Assembly: GCA_030041545.1 (NCBI GenBank)
Contig: JASHNQ010000059.1
Span: 16,222-80,221 of the forward strand
Source of the DNA: a candidate division FCPU426 bacterium
GTDB lineage: Bacteria; Oederibacteriota; Muellerivitia; Muellerivitales; Muellerivitaceae
DNA length: 64,000 bases
Reading direction: 5' to 3'
The position numbers and the translations under genes were made by a program. Positions 18,977 to 30,100 of this stretch are shown here, piece by piece; positions within the stretch are counted from its first letter, which is position 1; each line of letters opens with the position of its first letter. The notes below the pieces were generated by a model, which did no database searches, was not told the DNA's origin, and saw only the letters and a list, made by a program, of their open reading frames with translations.

Positions 18977-19933
18977 ATGGGCTTAAAAAAACGTTTGAAG
19001 GTAAGTTCCACACGGCGGATTATTACGCCGTTGGTCCCCCTGATCGAAAAAGAGACGCCCGCAACCGAATCCAAGTCCTTTGATCGCGTCACCACGGATA
19101 GCCTGAAACTGTATTTTCGCGAGATTTCCAGGGTCAAATTACTCACTGCCCAAGAAGAAGTGGCCTTAGCCAAGCGCATTGAGAAGGGCGACTTGAAGGC
19201 CAAACAGGCATTGATTGCCGCCAACCTCCGCTTGGTCATCAAAGTGGCCAAGAAATACATGAATCAGGGCCTTTCCTTCCAAGATTTGATCGAGGAAGGC
19301 AACTTGGGCCTCATCAAGGCCAGTGAGAAGTTTTCTTGGCGCCGGGGGTTCAAGTTCAGCACTTATGCGACGTGGTGGATCCGCCAGGCCATCACCCGGG
19401 CCCTTTCCAACCAATCACGGACGGTGCGCGTTCCTGTCCATGTTTCCGAGGACATCAACCGTTTTGAACGCATCTCCCGCGACCTCACCCGTAAACTGGG
19501 GCGCGACCCAAGCCTCATTGAGATATCCAAGGCCGGCAAACTGAAATTCGAAAAGATCCATCGCCTACAGCGCTTGGCCCAAAGGAATATATCCTTGGAA
19601 GTCCCGGTGGGGGACGAGGCGAATTCCAAATCCATCGCCGACTTCATCGAAGACAAATCGGTCTGCAGCCCGGCTCAGAATGTCTTTGACCAGTTACGTT
19701 CCGAAAAGCTCAAAAAACTCATCGGCGCGCTCAACGAGAAGGAGCAAAAAGTCATCCTGATGCGCTTCGGTTTTGACCAGGACCTGCCCAAGACACTGGA
19801 ACAGACCGGATCCCTCTTGGGGGTCACCCGCGAGCGGATCCGCCAAATCGAGGAAAAGGCCCTTCAAAAAATCCGCTTCCTGATGAAGTCCAGCAGTGAA
19901 GAATATCGTGAACTTTTAAACGAATTTGTGTAA
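18977..19933 (+). CDS. RNA polymerase sigma factor, sigma-70 family (RpoD/RpoS-like, no region 1.1)
   Basis: Region 2 [14 protein letters not shown], region 3, region 4 [24 protein letters not shown]. Confidence 0.85.
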   Translation: MGLKKRLKVSSTRRIITPLVPLIEKETPATESKSFDRVTTDSLKLYFREISRVKLLTAQEEVALAKRIEKGDLKAKQALIAANLRLVIKVAKKYMNQGLSFQDLIEEGNLGLIKASEKFSWRRGFKFSTYATWWIRQAITRALSNQSRTVRVPVHVSEDINRFERISRDLTRKLGRDPSLIEISKAGKLKFEKIHRLQRLAQRNISLEVPVGDEANSKSIADFIEDKSVCSPAQNVFDQLRSEKLKKLIGALNEKEQKVILMRFGFDQDLPKTLEQTGSLLGVTRERIRQIEEKALQKIRFLMKSSSEEYRELLNEFV

Positions 19934-20062
19934 ACTTCCCGCCTGTTAGAAAATACCCAACATCCAAAAGTAAGAAAATTTTAAAAGTGTGAAGGGAGAC
20001 AAAGAACCCTTTTGTCTATTATGTTACCTTTTCACTTTTCATTCCTTAGTTATAAGGAAACC

Positions 20063-20575
20063 ATGGACCTCAAGAACTTCATCCGTGACGTGCAGGATTT
20101 CCCCAAAAAGGGAGTCATCTTCAAGGACATCACTCCTCTTTTAAAACATCCCCAAGCCTTCCGGGAAGTCATCCGCCAGATGGGAGAAAAATATCGGGCT
20201 CAAAAAGTGGATACCATCGTGGCTATGGAGTCCCGGGGCTTCATCCTGGGAGGCGCCTTGGCCGCCCACCTGGGCGTTTCCTTTGTTCCCGTGCGCAAGC
20301 CCGGCAAGCTGCCCTGGAAGACCCTTCGGGAAACCTACGATCTGGAATACGGCAGGGACACCTTGGAAATCCACGAGGATTCCATCGCCCAAGGCGATAG
20401 GGTGCTGGTTTTGGACGACGTTTTGGCCACCGGCGGCACCGCCGCAGCCACTGTCCGGTTGGTGGAAAGAGCCGGGGGCCAGGTTGTGGGGGCCTGTTTC
20501 CTCATTCATTTGGGTTTCCTGAACGGCCATGAAAAATTGAAAAGCATCCCCGTTTTCTCTATACTCCACTACTGA
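20063..20575 (+). CDS. apt: adenine phosphoribosyltransferase
   Basis: PRTase motif VLVLDDVLATGGTAAA. Apt-length protein. Confidence 0.85.
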   Translation: MDLKNFIRDVQDFPKKGVIFKDITPLLKHPQAFREVIRQMGEKYRAQKVDTIVAMESRGFILGGALAAHLGVSFVPVRKPGKLPWKTLRETYDLEYGRDTLEIHEDSIAQGDRVLVLDDVLATGGTAAATVRLVERAGGQVVGACFLIHLGFLNGHEKLKSIPVFSILHY

Positions 20576-20615
20576 TTTTTAAAGGTTTCCTTTACCAAGG
20601 TGTTTTACAAGAAAA

Positions 20616-20692
20616 GGCCCTCGTAGCTCAGTTGGATAGAGCGACCCTTTCCTAAAGGGTAGGTCACGCGTTCGATTCGCGTCGAGGGTACC
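20616..20692 (+). tRNA. tRNA-Arg (anticodon CCT)
   Basis: Acceptor GCCCTCG/CGAGGGT (G1-U72 wobble), D arm GCTC-AGTTGGATA-GAGC, anticodon loop TTCCTAA, T arm ACGCG-TTCGATT-CGCGT, encoded CCA. Confidence 0.8.
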
Positions 20693-20790
20693 ATTCGGAT
20701 GAGGCCTTCCCAATCCGGGAAGGCTTCGATTTCCAGGCATTGTTCAAAGGCGTTCTTCGCCAGAAACCCGTGCCTTCACAAGGACTTTGA

Positions 20791-21490
20791 AATGGCGACT
20801 CATTTGGGCGGTTTGAAACCGCTGTTGCGCGAAAAATCCAAGACTGAGAAATGGCTGGACTGGGCCAAAGCCCACCAGGAATTCATCATGGTGACGGGCA
20901 TTGTCCTTTTGTTGTTGGCGATCGGCATTCCTTATGTCCTCCACAGCCGGGAGCAAAGCGAAAAAGACGCCCAAGGCGTTCTTTCCCTGGGCCAATACTA
21001 CTTCCACTCTCCGGTGGACCCCAAAAACGGGCCTTTCAAAACCGATGTGGAACGCCTGCAGCAAACCCTCCAAACTTTTCAGCGCATCCTGACCGATTAT
21101 TCCTCAACCCAGGCCGCCAAACTGGCACGCTATTACGTGGCCAAGTGCCAGTATTCCTTGGGCCAATATACCCAGGCTTACGCCAATTTCGACCTCTGCA
21201 CCCAGGAATTAAGGGACGTTCCACTGGGGGAGGAGGCCTATTTGGGTAAGATTCTATGCCTGGAGGCCCAAAATGAATTCCCCCAGGCCGCGACCTGGGC
21301 CGAAACCTTCCTCAAGGAGCATCCCGACAGTTTCCTGACCGCTGAGATAAGACTGGACCTTTCGGATATTTACCTAAAATCCAACGACAAGGCCCGGGCC
21401 ATGGACCAACTCAAAACCCTCGCCAAAACCGATGCCGATGATGATTGGGGTAAGGAAGCTGAACGGCGGCTGAAGGAAATGCAATCCTAA
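20791..21490 (+). CDS. membrane-anchored TPR-like protein
   Basis: Single N-terminal TM helix (FIMVTGIVLLLLAIGIPYVL) and TPR-like helical repeats. Confidence 0.5.
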
Positions 21491-21573
21491 ACACATTCAA
21501 AAAGTGCGAAGGTGTGAAAGTTCAAACGGGAACGCTCGGCGGTAGAATTTCCACTTTCATGCTTTTTTAATTT

Positions 21574-22743
21574 TTACGCCTTTTCTAAATATTTTCGGAT
21601 CCTGACCACCCCCTCCTGAAACACTTCCATCGGGGGTAAAAGGCTTAAAACTAAGAAACAACCTTCTGGAAAGTCATAAAAGGCCCCGGGTTGAACTAGG
21701 ACCCGGTGCTTTTCCAATAGTTCCAGCACAATAGTGTCATCCGCGTCCCCTTTTTCCCTTATTTCCACCAAAGCGTACCAGCCCCCTTGGGAGGGCCAAA
21801 GGCGGGTCTGGCCCACCCCTTGAAGTCTTTCTTCTAGGAACTGCCGGTTCCCCAACACCCTTTTCAGCAACTGGTTCTGGAAAGAGTCTGTGGATTTGAA
21901 CAGTTGGGGAAGGGACAACTGGACGGGTGTATTCACCGACAGGTAAGTGTCCGCGACCAATTCCAAGCGCTCCCGGCATTCCGCAAGGGCCTCTTGGGGG
22001 CCGTCCATGACGATCCAGGACAGTTTTAGTTGAGGCAATCCAAGGCTCTTGGAAAGGCCGCCCAGGCGGAAAGAAAGGGTTCCGCTGGGGGTCCAAGGCG
22101 TGAAGGCATGGCCGGGGTAGGCATAATCCGAAAAGACCTCGTCCGATATATAGGCCCATTGGTTTTCCTCGCAGAGCCGGCCCAGGAAATTCCGGTCCGC
22201 GGCGCTTAAAAAGGCGCCAGTCGGGTTATGGGGATTGACAACCACCAGCCCCCGGCAGGCGGCGGTCCCCGCCTTTCTCGTCGCTTCAAGGTCAACGGGC
22301 CAATTAGGCGTGGCACGCAATGGATAAGGGACCATTTCCAAGCCTTCCAGGCGTAACAAGTGCTCCAGGAGGGGATAGCCGGGCGTGGGAACGAGGAAAC
22401 GGTTGCCGGGATTTCCCAAGAGCTTAAAGAGATAGGAATAAGCTTCGCTGGTGCTGGCGGTCAAAACGACTTTTTCTGCATCGACCTTTTGTCCTTTGGC
22501 CTTTAGGTAGCCCGCCACGGCTTGTCGGGCACAGGGAAGCCCTAAGGGATGGGGATCATAAGTGAACGCGTCCGGTTGAGCCAAGGAGTCCAGGAGAGAA
22601 GGGGGGTAATGAAAACCGCATTGGGTTGGATTGGATTCGGTGAGATCCAAAATTCCTTTTCCAGCCGCCCGCTGAATGGCTTGGGCGACGGGGTTGGAAC
22701 TTAAATCCCCGGGAGTCCGGCTGGAAAAATCCATTCCATACAC
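21574..22743 (-). CDS. class I/II PLP-dependent aminotransferase
   Basis: Fold-type I aminotransferase core (...SLSKSLGLPQLKLSW... lysine region). 389 aa. Confidence 0.8.
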   Translation of the reverse strand: MYGMDFSSRTPGDLSSNPVAQAIQRAAGKGILDLTESNPTQCGFHYPPSLLDSLAQPDAFTYDPHPLGLPCARQAVAGYLKAKGQKVDAEKVVLTASTSEAYSYLFKLLGNPGNRFLVPTPGYPLLEHLLRLEGLEMVPYPLRATPNWPVDLEATRKAGTAACRGLVVVNPHNPTGAFLSAADRNFLGRLCEENQWAYISDEVFSDYAYPGHAFTPWTPSGTLSFRLGGLSKSLGLPQLKLSWIVMDGPQEALAECRERLELVADTYLSVNTPVQLSLPQLFKSTDSFQNQLLKRVLGNRQFLEERLQGVGQTRLWPSQGGWYALVEIREKGDADDTIVLELLEKHRVLVQPGAFYDFPEGCFLVLSLLPPMEVFQEGVVRIRKYLEKA

Positions 22744-23174
22744 CTCAAGTAAAACTTTAGGGGCTCAAGGAAAGTTATAGGAGATCTTCACGTAAAGCCT
22801 TCAATGTTGAAAATCTCAAGGCTTTCAGGCAAAACCAAACCTCTTGCACAAACATTAAGCCGTATTGAGCTCCAGCGGGGAAGAGTTCGAGCCGTTTCCG
22901 CGAAGTTTTCCAAGGCCGTTTCTAGCCGATTTTAGGCGTCGAGACAAGAAGTACGGGAATCGCTAACGGTAAAAAATCTTTCAAATAAACACCGTTTAAA
23001 TGCAAAATCGGCCCATTTCGGGCTCTTTGATTTTAGTCCAAGTCTTGAACCGTCCCGCGACCTTGTTGGAAAGGCCAATTTATTCTCATAAACCATCACT
23101 TAAGGAACATCTGGTAAGTCCCAAAGACGCTTGGGGATATCGTTGTCGGTGCCCAGGGAGTAACCCACAAGGGA

Positions 23175-24200
23175 CTAGCGGTTCAAAGCCCGGTGGCGTT
23201 TCAGGAGCAAGGAACTCCAGGAATAATCCTCCAATCTCAGGTGATGAAGCTTGCCACCATCCCCAAAAGCCTTTTGGTGGGCGGATCGGGCCTTGGTGGA
23301 GGCCAGCTTCACGTAGTTTTCACTGACCATGATGCTGGAATGGCCCATCAAGTCCCGTATTTCATAAACGCTGGCGCCCGATTCGGCTAATTGGGTGCCG
23401 AAGGAATGCCGTAACACGTGCACGGTCAGTTCGTCCGGGTTTTCCAAGTGGGCCCACTTTGCCGCTTTCTTGACCCATGACTCCAGGTAATCCGGATGAA
23501 TGGGTTTTTGGGCGCTTCTTGGACTTGCGAAAAGATAGGGGCTCTGGGGTTTGTCCTGGTTTGCCAAATAACGCTTTAGCAACTCCTTCAAGGTCTCGGT
23601 CATAGGCACGGTGCGTTCCTTGTCGCCCTTACCAATGACTGTGACCAAGCCCTGGGCAAGGTCCAAATCACGGGTCCGCAAATGGGCGATCTCCGAAACC
23701 CTCAAGCCGCAATGGTAGCCTAAAAGGACGGTCAGACTAATTTTTTGACCCTCTAAGTTATCTGTTTGGAGGCTCTTGACTAATGCTTCGCGATCCCGGG
23801 GCGACAAAGGATGGGGGTTTCTCTGGGGGCTTCGGATGGAAAGGTTGTGGAAAACGGCGGTAGGATCGTTGGTGATGTGCTGGGTCGAAGCCAAGAAACG
23901 GTAAAAGGACCGGGTGGAGGCCAGAATGCGTTTCATGGACCGAGTGGAATAAGCGTTCCGGAACTTACCGCTCGGGGTTTTGCCAGCTTTGGTCAAAGAC
24001 CCAGCAAAGCGGACCATATGTTCTGGTTTTGCGCCAGCAGGGCCCAAGATGTCGTTCTGGTCCAGGAATAGCTTTAAAACGCGAAGGTCTTGATGATAAT
24101 TTTCCTTGGTGTGGGAGGATTTGCACAACGCCAGAAAACCATCATAGGGCTTGATTTCCAAAAGATTGAGCGGGTTGGGAGCTTGTGATTGGGGGTTCAT
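23175..24200 (-). CDS. tyrosine-type site-specific recombinase/integrase (XerC/D-like)
   Basis: R...GKGDKERTVP box I and LRHSFGTQLAESGASVYEIRDLMGHSSIMVSENY box II with the catalytic Tyr. The start could instead be 24323. Confidence 0.75.
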   Translation of the reverse strand: MNPQSQAPNPLNLLEIKPYDGFLALCKSSHTKENYHQDLRVLKLFLDQNDILGPAGAKPEHMVRFAGSLTKAGKTPSGKFRNAYSTRSMKRILASTRSFYRFLASTQHITNDPTAVFHNLSIRSPQRNPHPLSPRDREALVKSLQTDNLEGQKISLTVLLGYHCGLRVSEIAHLRTRDLDLAQGLVTVIGKGDKERTVPMTETLKELLKRYLANQDKPQSPYLFASPRSAQKPIHPDYLESWVKKAAKWAHLENPDELTVHVLRHSFGTQLAESGASVYEIRDLMGHSSIMVSENYVKLASTKARSAHQKAFGDGGKLHHLRLEDYSWSSLLLKRHRALNR

Positions 24201-24424
24201 AAACTCGGTATAACTGTAATTATACCAAGTTTTGGAACCGAATGGGAAGAGAATTATTTTTGTATTTTTTTCCGCAGACAGTGCAGACCAGGTTTTCTTC
24301 GTAATAACCTCTTCTAGGTCCACCCATAGGGTCCTCTCAACTGGCGATTTTGCATTTGAAGGCGGTTTTTTTCGACGATCATACGGCGAGGTAAGCCGTC
24401 ATATTCCGTCGAACGGCGCTTTTT

Positions 24425-25201
24425 TTACAGCGTCTTGGACAGGAAACGGTCCAGGATTTTTTGGAAGGAACCTGGATCTTCCAGAGGAAGCAAGTGCCCG
24501 GCGCCCTCCAAAATCTCCAGTTGGCTGAGCCGGATGACCTTGGCCATGGCCTCGGACTCGGAAACCGGGATCAAAGCATCCTCCCGGCCAGCCAAGATGA
24601 GCGTGGGCACCCTTAAGGCTGGCAAAAGGCTTGTCTGGTCGCGCCGGACCGCCATGGCCCGTTGGGCCAAGGCCACGGCTTCCGGGGACGTGCCCTGGAT
24701 CCATTGGGCCACTTGGTCCTTAACTTCGGGTTTTTCCGATAAAGTTGTCTTACCAAGCAGGCCCGGGATCATGGCGGCCACCATGAACTCCGTGCCTTCT
24801 TTCAGGACCTTTTCCGCCATCTTCAAGCGGTTTTCCCGCGCTTCAGGTTTGTCCGCCCCAGCCCTGGTCGAGATGAACAAGGCCTTGTTCACTTGGGATG
24901 GAAATTGCCTCAAGAACTCCATAGCCCAATAACCGCCCATGGAGATGCCGCCTAAGGAAATCGGCCCTTTGATTTTCAATTCGTGTAGGTGGTTTTCCAG
25001 GCTTTGGGCCGCCATTTCCAACGTCAATCCCTCTGGGGCCAAGGGAGCCCCTCCGAAGCCCGGAAAATCCGTCAAAATCAGCGAATATCCCTTGGGAGAT
25101 TTCAGGTTTTTCCAAATTTGGTGGGACAACGGGAAGGCGTGCAAAAGCACAAGGGGTTTTCCGGTTCCAATGACTTTGGAGTGAAGGGACGGCACAGCCA
25201 T
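24425..25201 (-). CDS. alpha/beta-fold hydrolase
   Basis: LVLLHAFP and GGISMGG nucleophile-elbow motifs. Confidence 0.75.
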   Translation of the reverse strand: MAVPSLHSKVIGTGKPLVLLHAFPLSHQIWKNLKSPKGYSLILTDFPGFGGAPLAPEGLTLEMAAQSLENHLHELKIKGPISLGGISMGGYWAMEFLRQFPSQVNKALFISTRAGADKPEARENRLKMAEKVLKEGTEFMVAAMIPGLLGKTTLSEKPEVKDQVAQWIQGTSPEAVALAQRAMAVRRDQTSLLPALRVPTLILAGREDALIPVSESEAMAKVIRLSQLEILEGAGHLLPLEDPGSFQKILDRFLSKTL

Positions 25202-25271
25202 GAAAACCCTTTTAAATCTTTGATTTAACCATGAATTCTTGAAGCTTTACTTTAAGACTTGAGATTATAGA

Positions 25272-26228
25272 TTAATAGGTGAAAACGGGTGTCTTGGGCC
25301 GTCGTCCCGACAAAACCAGGTCGATATTCTCGGCGGCTAAGAGGGCCATTGCAGTGCGGGTTTCCACTGTGGCGCTCCCAATATGCGGCAACAGCGTGCA
25401 GTTTTCCAGGCGCAACAGTCTTTTTTCAATCTGGGGTTCGTTTTCGTAAACATCAAGCCCGGCTGAGTAAAGCCACCTCTTTTCAAGCGCCTCCGCCAGA
25501 TCTTTTTCCCGGTGGATGGCTCCCCGCCCGGTATTGATGAAGATGGCGGTTTTCTTCATCTTCCGGAATTCCTTCTTGGCGAACCGTTGGCGGGTGTCCG
25601 GGGTGAGGGGGCTGTTCACGCTCAGGAAGTCTGAATTTCGTAAAAGGGTATTGAAGGACACATAACGCGCGTTTAATCCCCTTTCAACTTTTGGGTTTTC
25701 CCGGTGTCGCTGGTGGTAGAGGATTTTCATGTTCCATCCCCTTCCCCGCCGGGCTACGGCCTTCCCGATGCGCCCAAAGCCGTAGATCCCAAGAGTTTTT
25801 CCCGCCAAGTCCACTCCCAAAAGCATTAGGGGATGGGCCCCCTGGAATTTTCCAGCCCGGACCAAACGGTCCCCCTCTGGTATCCTCCGGGCGCAGGACA
25901 AAAGGAGCGCCCAGGCGGTATCGGCCGTTGCTTCGGTCAGGACTTCGGGGGTATGGGTCACCCATATGCGCCGGGCTCGGGCTGCCTCCAGGTCGATGTT
26001 GTTGAATCCCACGGCGCAATTGGCCACGCATTTCAAACGCGGGGCCGCAAGAACCATTTTGGTGACGGGATCGGCCAGTGTGGTTAAAAGCGCGTCAAAG
26101 AGCCTGGATCTGGAAATAAGCTGGGTTTCGGTCAACTGGTGCTTATTCCAAACAACCTGGTATTTTTGGCGGAGGAGAAGAAAGGCGGAATCCGGCAATT
26201 GGTTGGTGATCAAAACCCGTTTTTTCAC
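25272..26228 (-). CDS. D-isomer-specific 2-hydroxyacid dehydrogenase (glyoxylate/hydroxypyruvate reductase-like)
   Basis: GIYGFGRIGKAVARR NAD-binding motif and the catalytic His/Glu region. Confidence 0.85.
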   Translation of the reverse strand: MKKRVLITNQLPDSAFLLLRQKYQVVWNKHQLTETQLISRSRLFDALLTTLADPVTKMVLAAPRLKCVANCAVGFNNIDLEAARARRIWVTHTPEVLTEATADTAWALLLSCARRIPEGDRLVRAGKFQGAHPLMLLGVDLAGKTLGIYGFGRIGKAVARRGRGWNMKILYHQRHRENPKVERGLNARYVSFNTLLRNSDFLSVNSPLTPDTRQRFAKKEFRKMKKTAIFINTGRGAIHREKDLAEALEKRWLYSAGLDVYENEPQIEKRLLRLENCTLLPHIGSATVETRTAMALLAAENIDLVLSGRRPKTPVFTY

Positions 26229-26309
26229 GGTGAAACCTTTCGGGGACCAGGAAAGACGGCAGGAGGGCTGATATTACGCGGTTTTACCAGGTGGTTCAAG
26301 CCAAGCGGG

Positions 26310-27056
26310 TTAGGTGCCGGGGGTCACGGTCCCAGTCGGAGTGATGGTTTCCTTGGGATTGACGATATTGGTGATCTTCTGCCACAGGCTCGGCGGGGGC
26401 GTGGGGGTGACGGTGGGGCTAGGGGTCGGCGTAGGTGAAATGCGGCCGTCCAGCAGCAGGACCGTGTCGTGCCCGCCGGTCTTAAAAACGGGCGTTCCCA
26501 CCGGGTCCACGTGCGAGGACACCTGGGATACCTCGATCACGTCCACCGCGATGGCGTATTCGGACTCCACTAGGTTGTAAAACCGGCCATAAATGACGAC
26601 TTTCAGTCCTTTGGAAAGTTGGTCCAACTGGTGCAGGTCCCCGGTGGCCGTGTGGAAAAGCAGGATGGGAAAGGAATAATGATAGCCGTCCTTTTCCTCA
26701 AGGGTCATTTGGACGAGGTTATAGTCCTCGACGTTGTCCCCGATGCGGGAAAGCCTCGATTTGTATTCGTAGGGTGAAAGCCACTTGTAGGAATCGAAGG
26801 TTCCCTCGATTTGGATGGGGCGGCCGTTATTGATTTCGGTGTAATGGGTCCTCAGGAAATCCAGGTCCATGATTCCATAGTCCGAGATGTAATCCCGGGA
26901 CTCGGATTGGGCAACCAGGGTACCGGCCAGCAGAAGGAACGCAAAGGCGGTTAAAAGGGCGGCTTTTTTCACGAACCGGCTCCCACCAATGGACAGGGTT
27001 TGAAAGGCTTCCGCGCTAAGCTTTGCAAGGATGATCTTAATGAGAGGCTCGGACAA
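26310..27056 (-). CDS. hypothetical secreted protein with a Pro/Thr-rich C-terminus
   Basis: Signal-like segment AALLTAFAFLLLAGTLVAQ. PTPTPSPTVTPTPPP tail. Confidence 0.4.
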   Translation of the reverse strand: MSEPLIKIILAKLSAEAFQTLSIGGSRFVKKAALLTAFAFLLLAGTLVAQSESRDYISDYGIMDLDFLRTHYTEINNGRPIQIEGTFDSYKWLSPYEYKSRLSRIGDNVEDYNLVQMTLEEKDGYHYSFPILLFHTATGDLHQLDQLSKGLKVVIYGRFYNLVESEYAIAVDVIEVSQVSSHVDPVGTPVFKTGGHDTVLLLDGRISPTPTPSPTVTPTPPPSLWQKITNIVNPKETITPTGTVTPGT

Positions 27057-27160
27057 AGACGGGCATCATTATAGCCCCCCTCTCCCTCCCCCACCAACTG
27101 GTTTTTAAGGCCGGGCATTCCCCCACCCTAGGGCCCGCGTGCCGCGGGAGCGCGTCGATT

Positions 27161-30100
27161 TTAAAACATCGGGGCCAGGTTGAAGTCGAATTCCGGGGGA
27201 CTCGATTGGGTCAGGGCCCAAGCCACATCGAAACGGAACATCACAAGGGCCCTCTGGTCGAAAAAGGTATAGAAGCGGATTCCCGTTCCAAGGCTGGCCA
27301 GCACCGGCGAATAAGGCAGGTCCTGGACCTCGTTGGAAACAATCCCCGCGTCCATGAATCCCGCCAGCTCCACGTCCTTGATGAGCAGGAAGGAAAGGGG
27401 CTGGGGAATGAAGTTCATGTTGGTGGCGATGGGATAGCGCAACTCGGAATTCACGAGCCCCAGGTCGCTGCCGAAAAAAGTGGCGCCGTTGTAGCCCCGG
27501 ATGGTGGTGAAGTAGCCTCCCAGCAAGGTGTTGGCCACGTCGTCGTCGCCGATGAAGAAGGTCTGGGGATTGGGTCCTTGGGAGGTCATGGCGATGACGC
27601 GGTTGGCCCAGACCAGGTGGTTGAGAAAGCTGAAGTCGGCGAAAACGTCGGTCTCGAACAACAGGTTGGCGAAGGAGGCGTTGTAATCGAAGACCGGGAG
27701 CGCGTGCAGCAGGGTGAAATTCAGGCCGTACCCGCTGCTGGGCCAGAACTGGGTGCCCTGGCGCCGGTCCTGAACGAAGGAGAGCCGGTAGAAATTGGCC
27801 ACCGTCCACTGTTGGTTGAGGTTATAGTTGGAGATGCCCTCGGAAAACTGCAGGTAAAGCGGGCTTCCCAGGAACCGCTCGGTGCCTACCCCATATTCCA
27901 CGCGGGTGTAGGTGTCGATGGGATAGCTGAAATTCAGCGTGAAGCCGTTGGCGTTGAAATGGTAGGCCGTCGTGAGGAGCCCCGTTTGGGGGTTGTACAG
28001 GTTGTAGTAGTTCTGGTAGTAAAAGAAGTTCAAGTCCACTGTAGTGCGCCATTGGGAGAATTCATAACTGGCGTCCACCCCCGTGTCCACCCCCGGGACC
28101 GTGTCGCCCTCAATCCCCAGGCGGTGGTCCCCCAACTCGTCGCTCATTTCCACCAGCCCCCCGCCCACGAAGCCGAAGGCGCTGTCGTAGCCGGCCAGGA
28201 AAAGCAGCAGGTCGGGGGTGAGGCTGAACTGGTAGTCCTTGGCGGCTACCTTGAAGGACGGGCGGGCCTCCACGGTGGGGGAGGGGGGGCTTTCCCCCAA
28301 TTTGTTGACGGCGGTAACGTAGTAGAAATAGGCGCCTCCGATCCGCACGTCGTAATCAATGTACAAGCCGCGCCGGAGGCTGGGGGCTGTTCCCAGGTAG
28401 GTGAAGGTGGCCCCGGCCGCCGCCGCGCGGTAAACGCGGTAACTGTCCACCGAGTCCTCCGTGGCGCCGGTGGTGGGCCATTGGAGCTCCACGATGTTGG
28501 ACTCTTCGGCCACGGCCAGGCTGGCGACGGCGGCGGGGGCATGGGTCGGCGTTTTCTTCTCGACGACGATCTCGGGTTCCTCCCGTTCCGCCGGGTTGGG
28601 CGGCAGCTCCACCTCCTGGACGGTTTCCGTGACGGGATGGACCGCGATCACCTTGGAGGCGTCCTGGAAAGAATTGGAGATGTAGGAAAATTCCTGGGTC
28701 ATGGTCTCAAAAACGGAATTGGGCCATTCCTGCCCTTCCAAATTGGCCCCATCGAAGGCGTAGAGGGACTCCATGCCCTTCTGGTAGCAAACCGCGTAAA
28801 GTTTTTTCCCTTCCGGGTCGGGCAACGCGCTCACCACGTCGGCGAAAGTGTTGGTGAGCTGGGTCAGGTGGCCCCCGTCCAAATCCGTTTGGAAGACGTT
28901 GAAAATCCTCCGGCTCAAATCCGAGGTGAAGGTCAGGTGGCCGGAGCGCGCCGTAAGTGAGGTCAGGGTCCCTAAATTCCTTCCCACGGCCTGGGGTCCA
29001 CCCGTGGGAATCCCCTGGTCGTTGAGGGCGCTCCTAAGGATTTCCTGCCGCCCCGCCTCTTCGTTGATGAAGTAAAGTGATTTCCCGTCCGGGCCGTATT
29101 GGGCCCAGCTTTTGTAGTCCCGGTCGTGGGTGAGGCGTTCCACCTTTCCCGTGGCGACCTCGTAGCGGTACAGATCGGTGGTTTCGTAGTCGAAGCCGCT
29201 GAAGACGATGAATTTTTGGTCGGGCGACCAGCCCGGCGAGGCGATGACCGGCAGGCCTTGGAGCGGGCATTCCCGCAATTGGCGGTTGTCGATCCGGTAG
29301 AGGCAAAGACGGTATTCACCGTTCCGGTCGGCGGCGAAAGCCAGCGTCTTGCCGTCGGGCGACCATGCCACGCCCGACCCCTCGGTCTGGAAATGCCGGT
29401 TGAGCAGGACCGTTTTGTTCTTGTCCGCCAGACGGAGGAGGGACAGTTCCCTTCCCTTCAAGAGGGCCAGGGTTTTGCCGTCCGGGGAAAGGGCCCCTTT
29501 GAGGGCCGAGGTGGGGGTTCCCTTTTCCAGGGCATCGCCGTATTTTTCCGGCGCGGGAAGGCCGTTGATGCGGGACCAGGCCTGGGTACGCATGAAAAAA
29601 TGCCAGTTGTTGTAAAGCTGGTCCAGGGAAACCCCCAGCACGGCCTTCGTGGCCGTGTCCGGTGACTGGTTGGCCGCCATGTGCTTGAACAACTGCACGA
29701 CCTTTCCGTTCCCGTACACCTGGGTGACGTAATCCAAAACGCTCTGGGATTCCTTGTAAGCCGTGTACACCTGGGGAAAGTGATCGAAGGATTCCATCAG
29801 CGAAAGGGGCATGACCAGGTCGTTCAATACGGCGTCCCGGAGGACCATTTCTCCCTGGGCGTCCAGGTGCTGGGCGTTCCATTCCGCCATCCCCTCCATC
29901 ATCCAAGTGGGTACGAAGACGGGCCTTAGGAGGTTTACCGACCGCCACCCTTCGCCGTAGATGAGGTCGTATTGGAAGGCGTGGGTCAGCTCGTGGTGGA
30001 TGACCTTTTCGAACTCGTGGTAGGAGCCGTCCATGGGCACCACGATGCGGTTCTTGAACACTTCGGTGAACCCCCCCACGCCCTCGGAGAGGATCTCCGG

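Noticed and set aside
23000-23326. 108-aa plus-strand ORF in the gap before the integrase
   Set aside because: No RBS. Arg/Pro-rich junk-like translation. Overlaps the integrase 3' end antisense.
27206-28960. 584-aa ORF on the plus strand
   Set aside because: Entirely antisense to the 1097-aa BamA-fusion gene. Gly/Val/Glu-rich low-complexity translation typical of the reverse frame of a high-GC gene.
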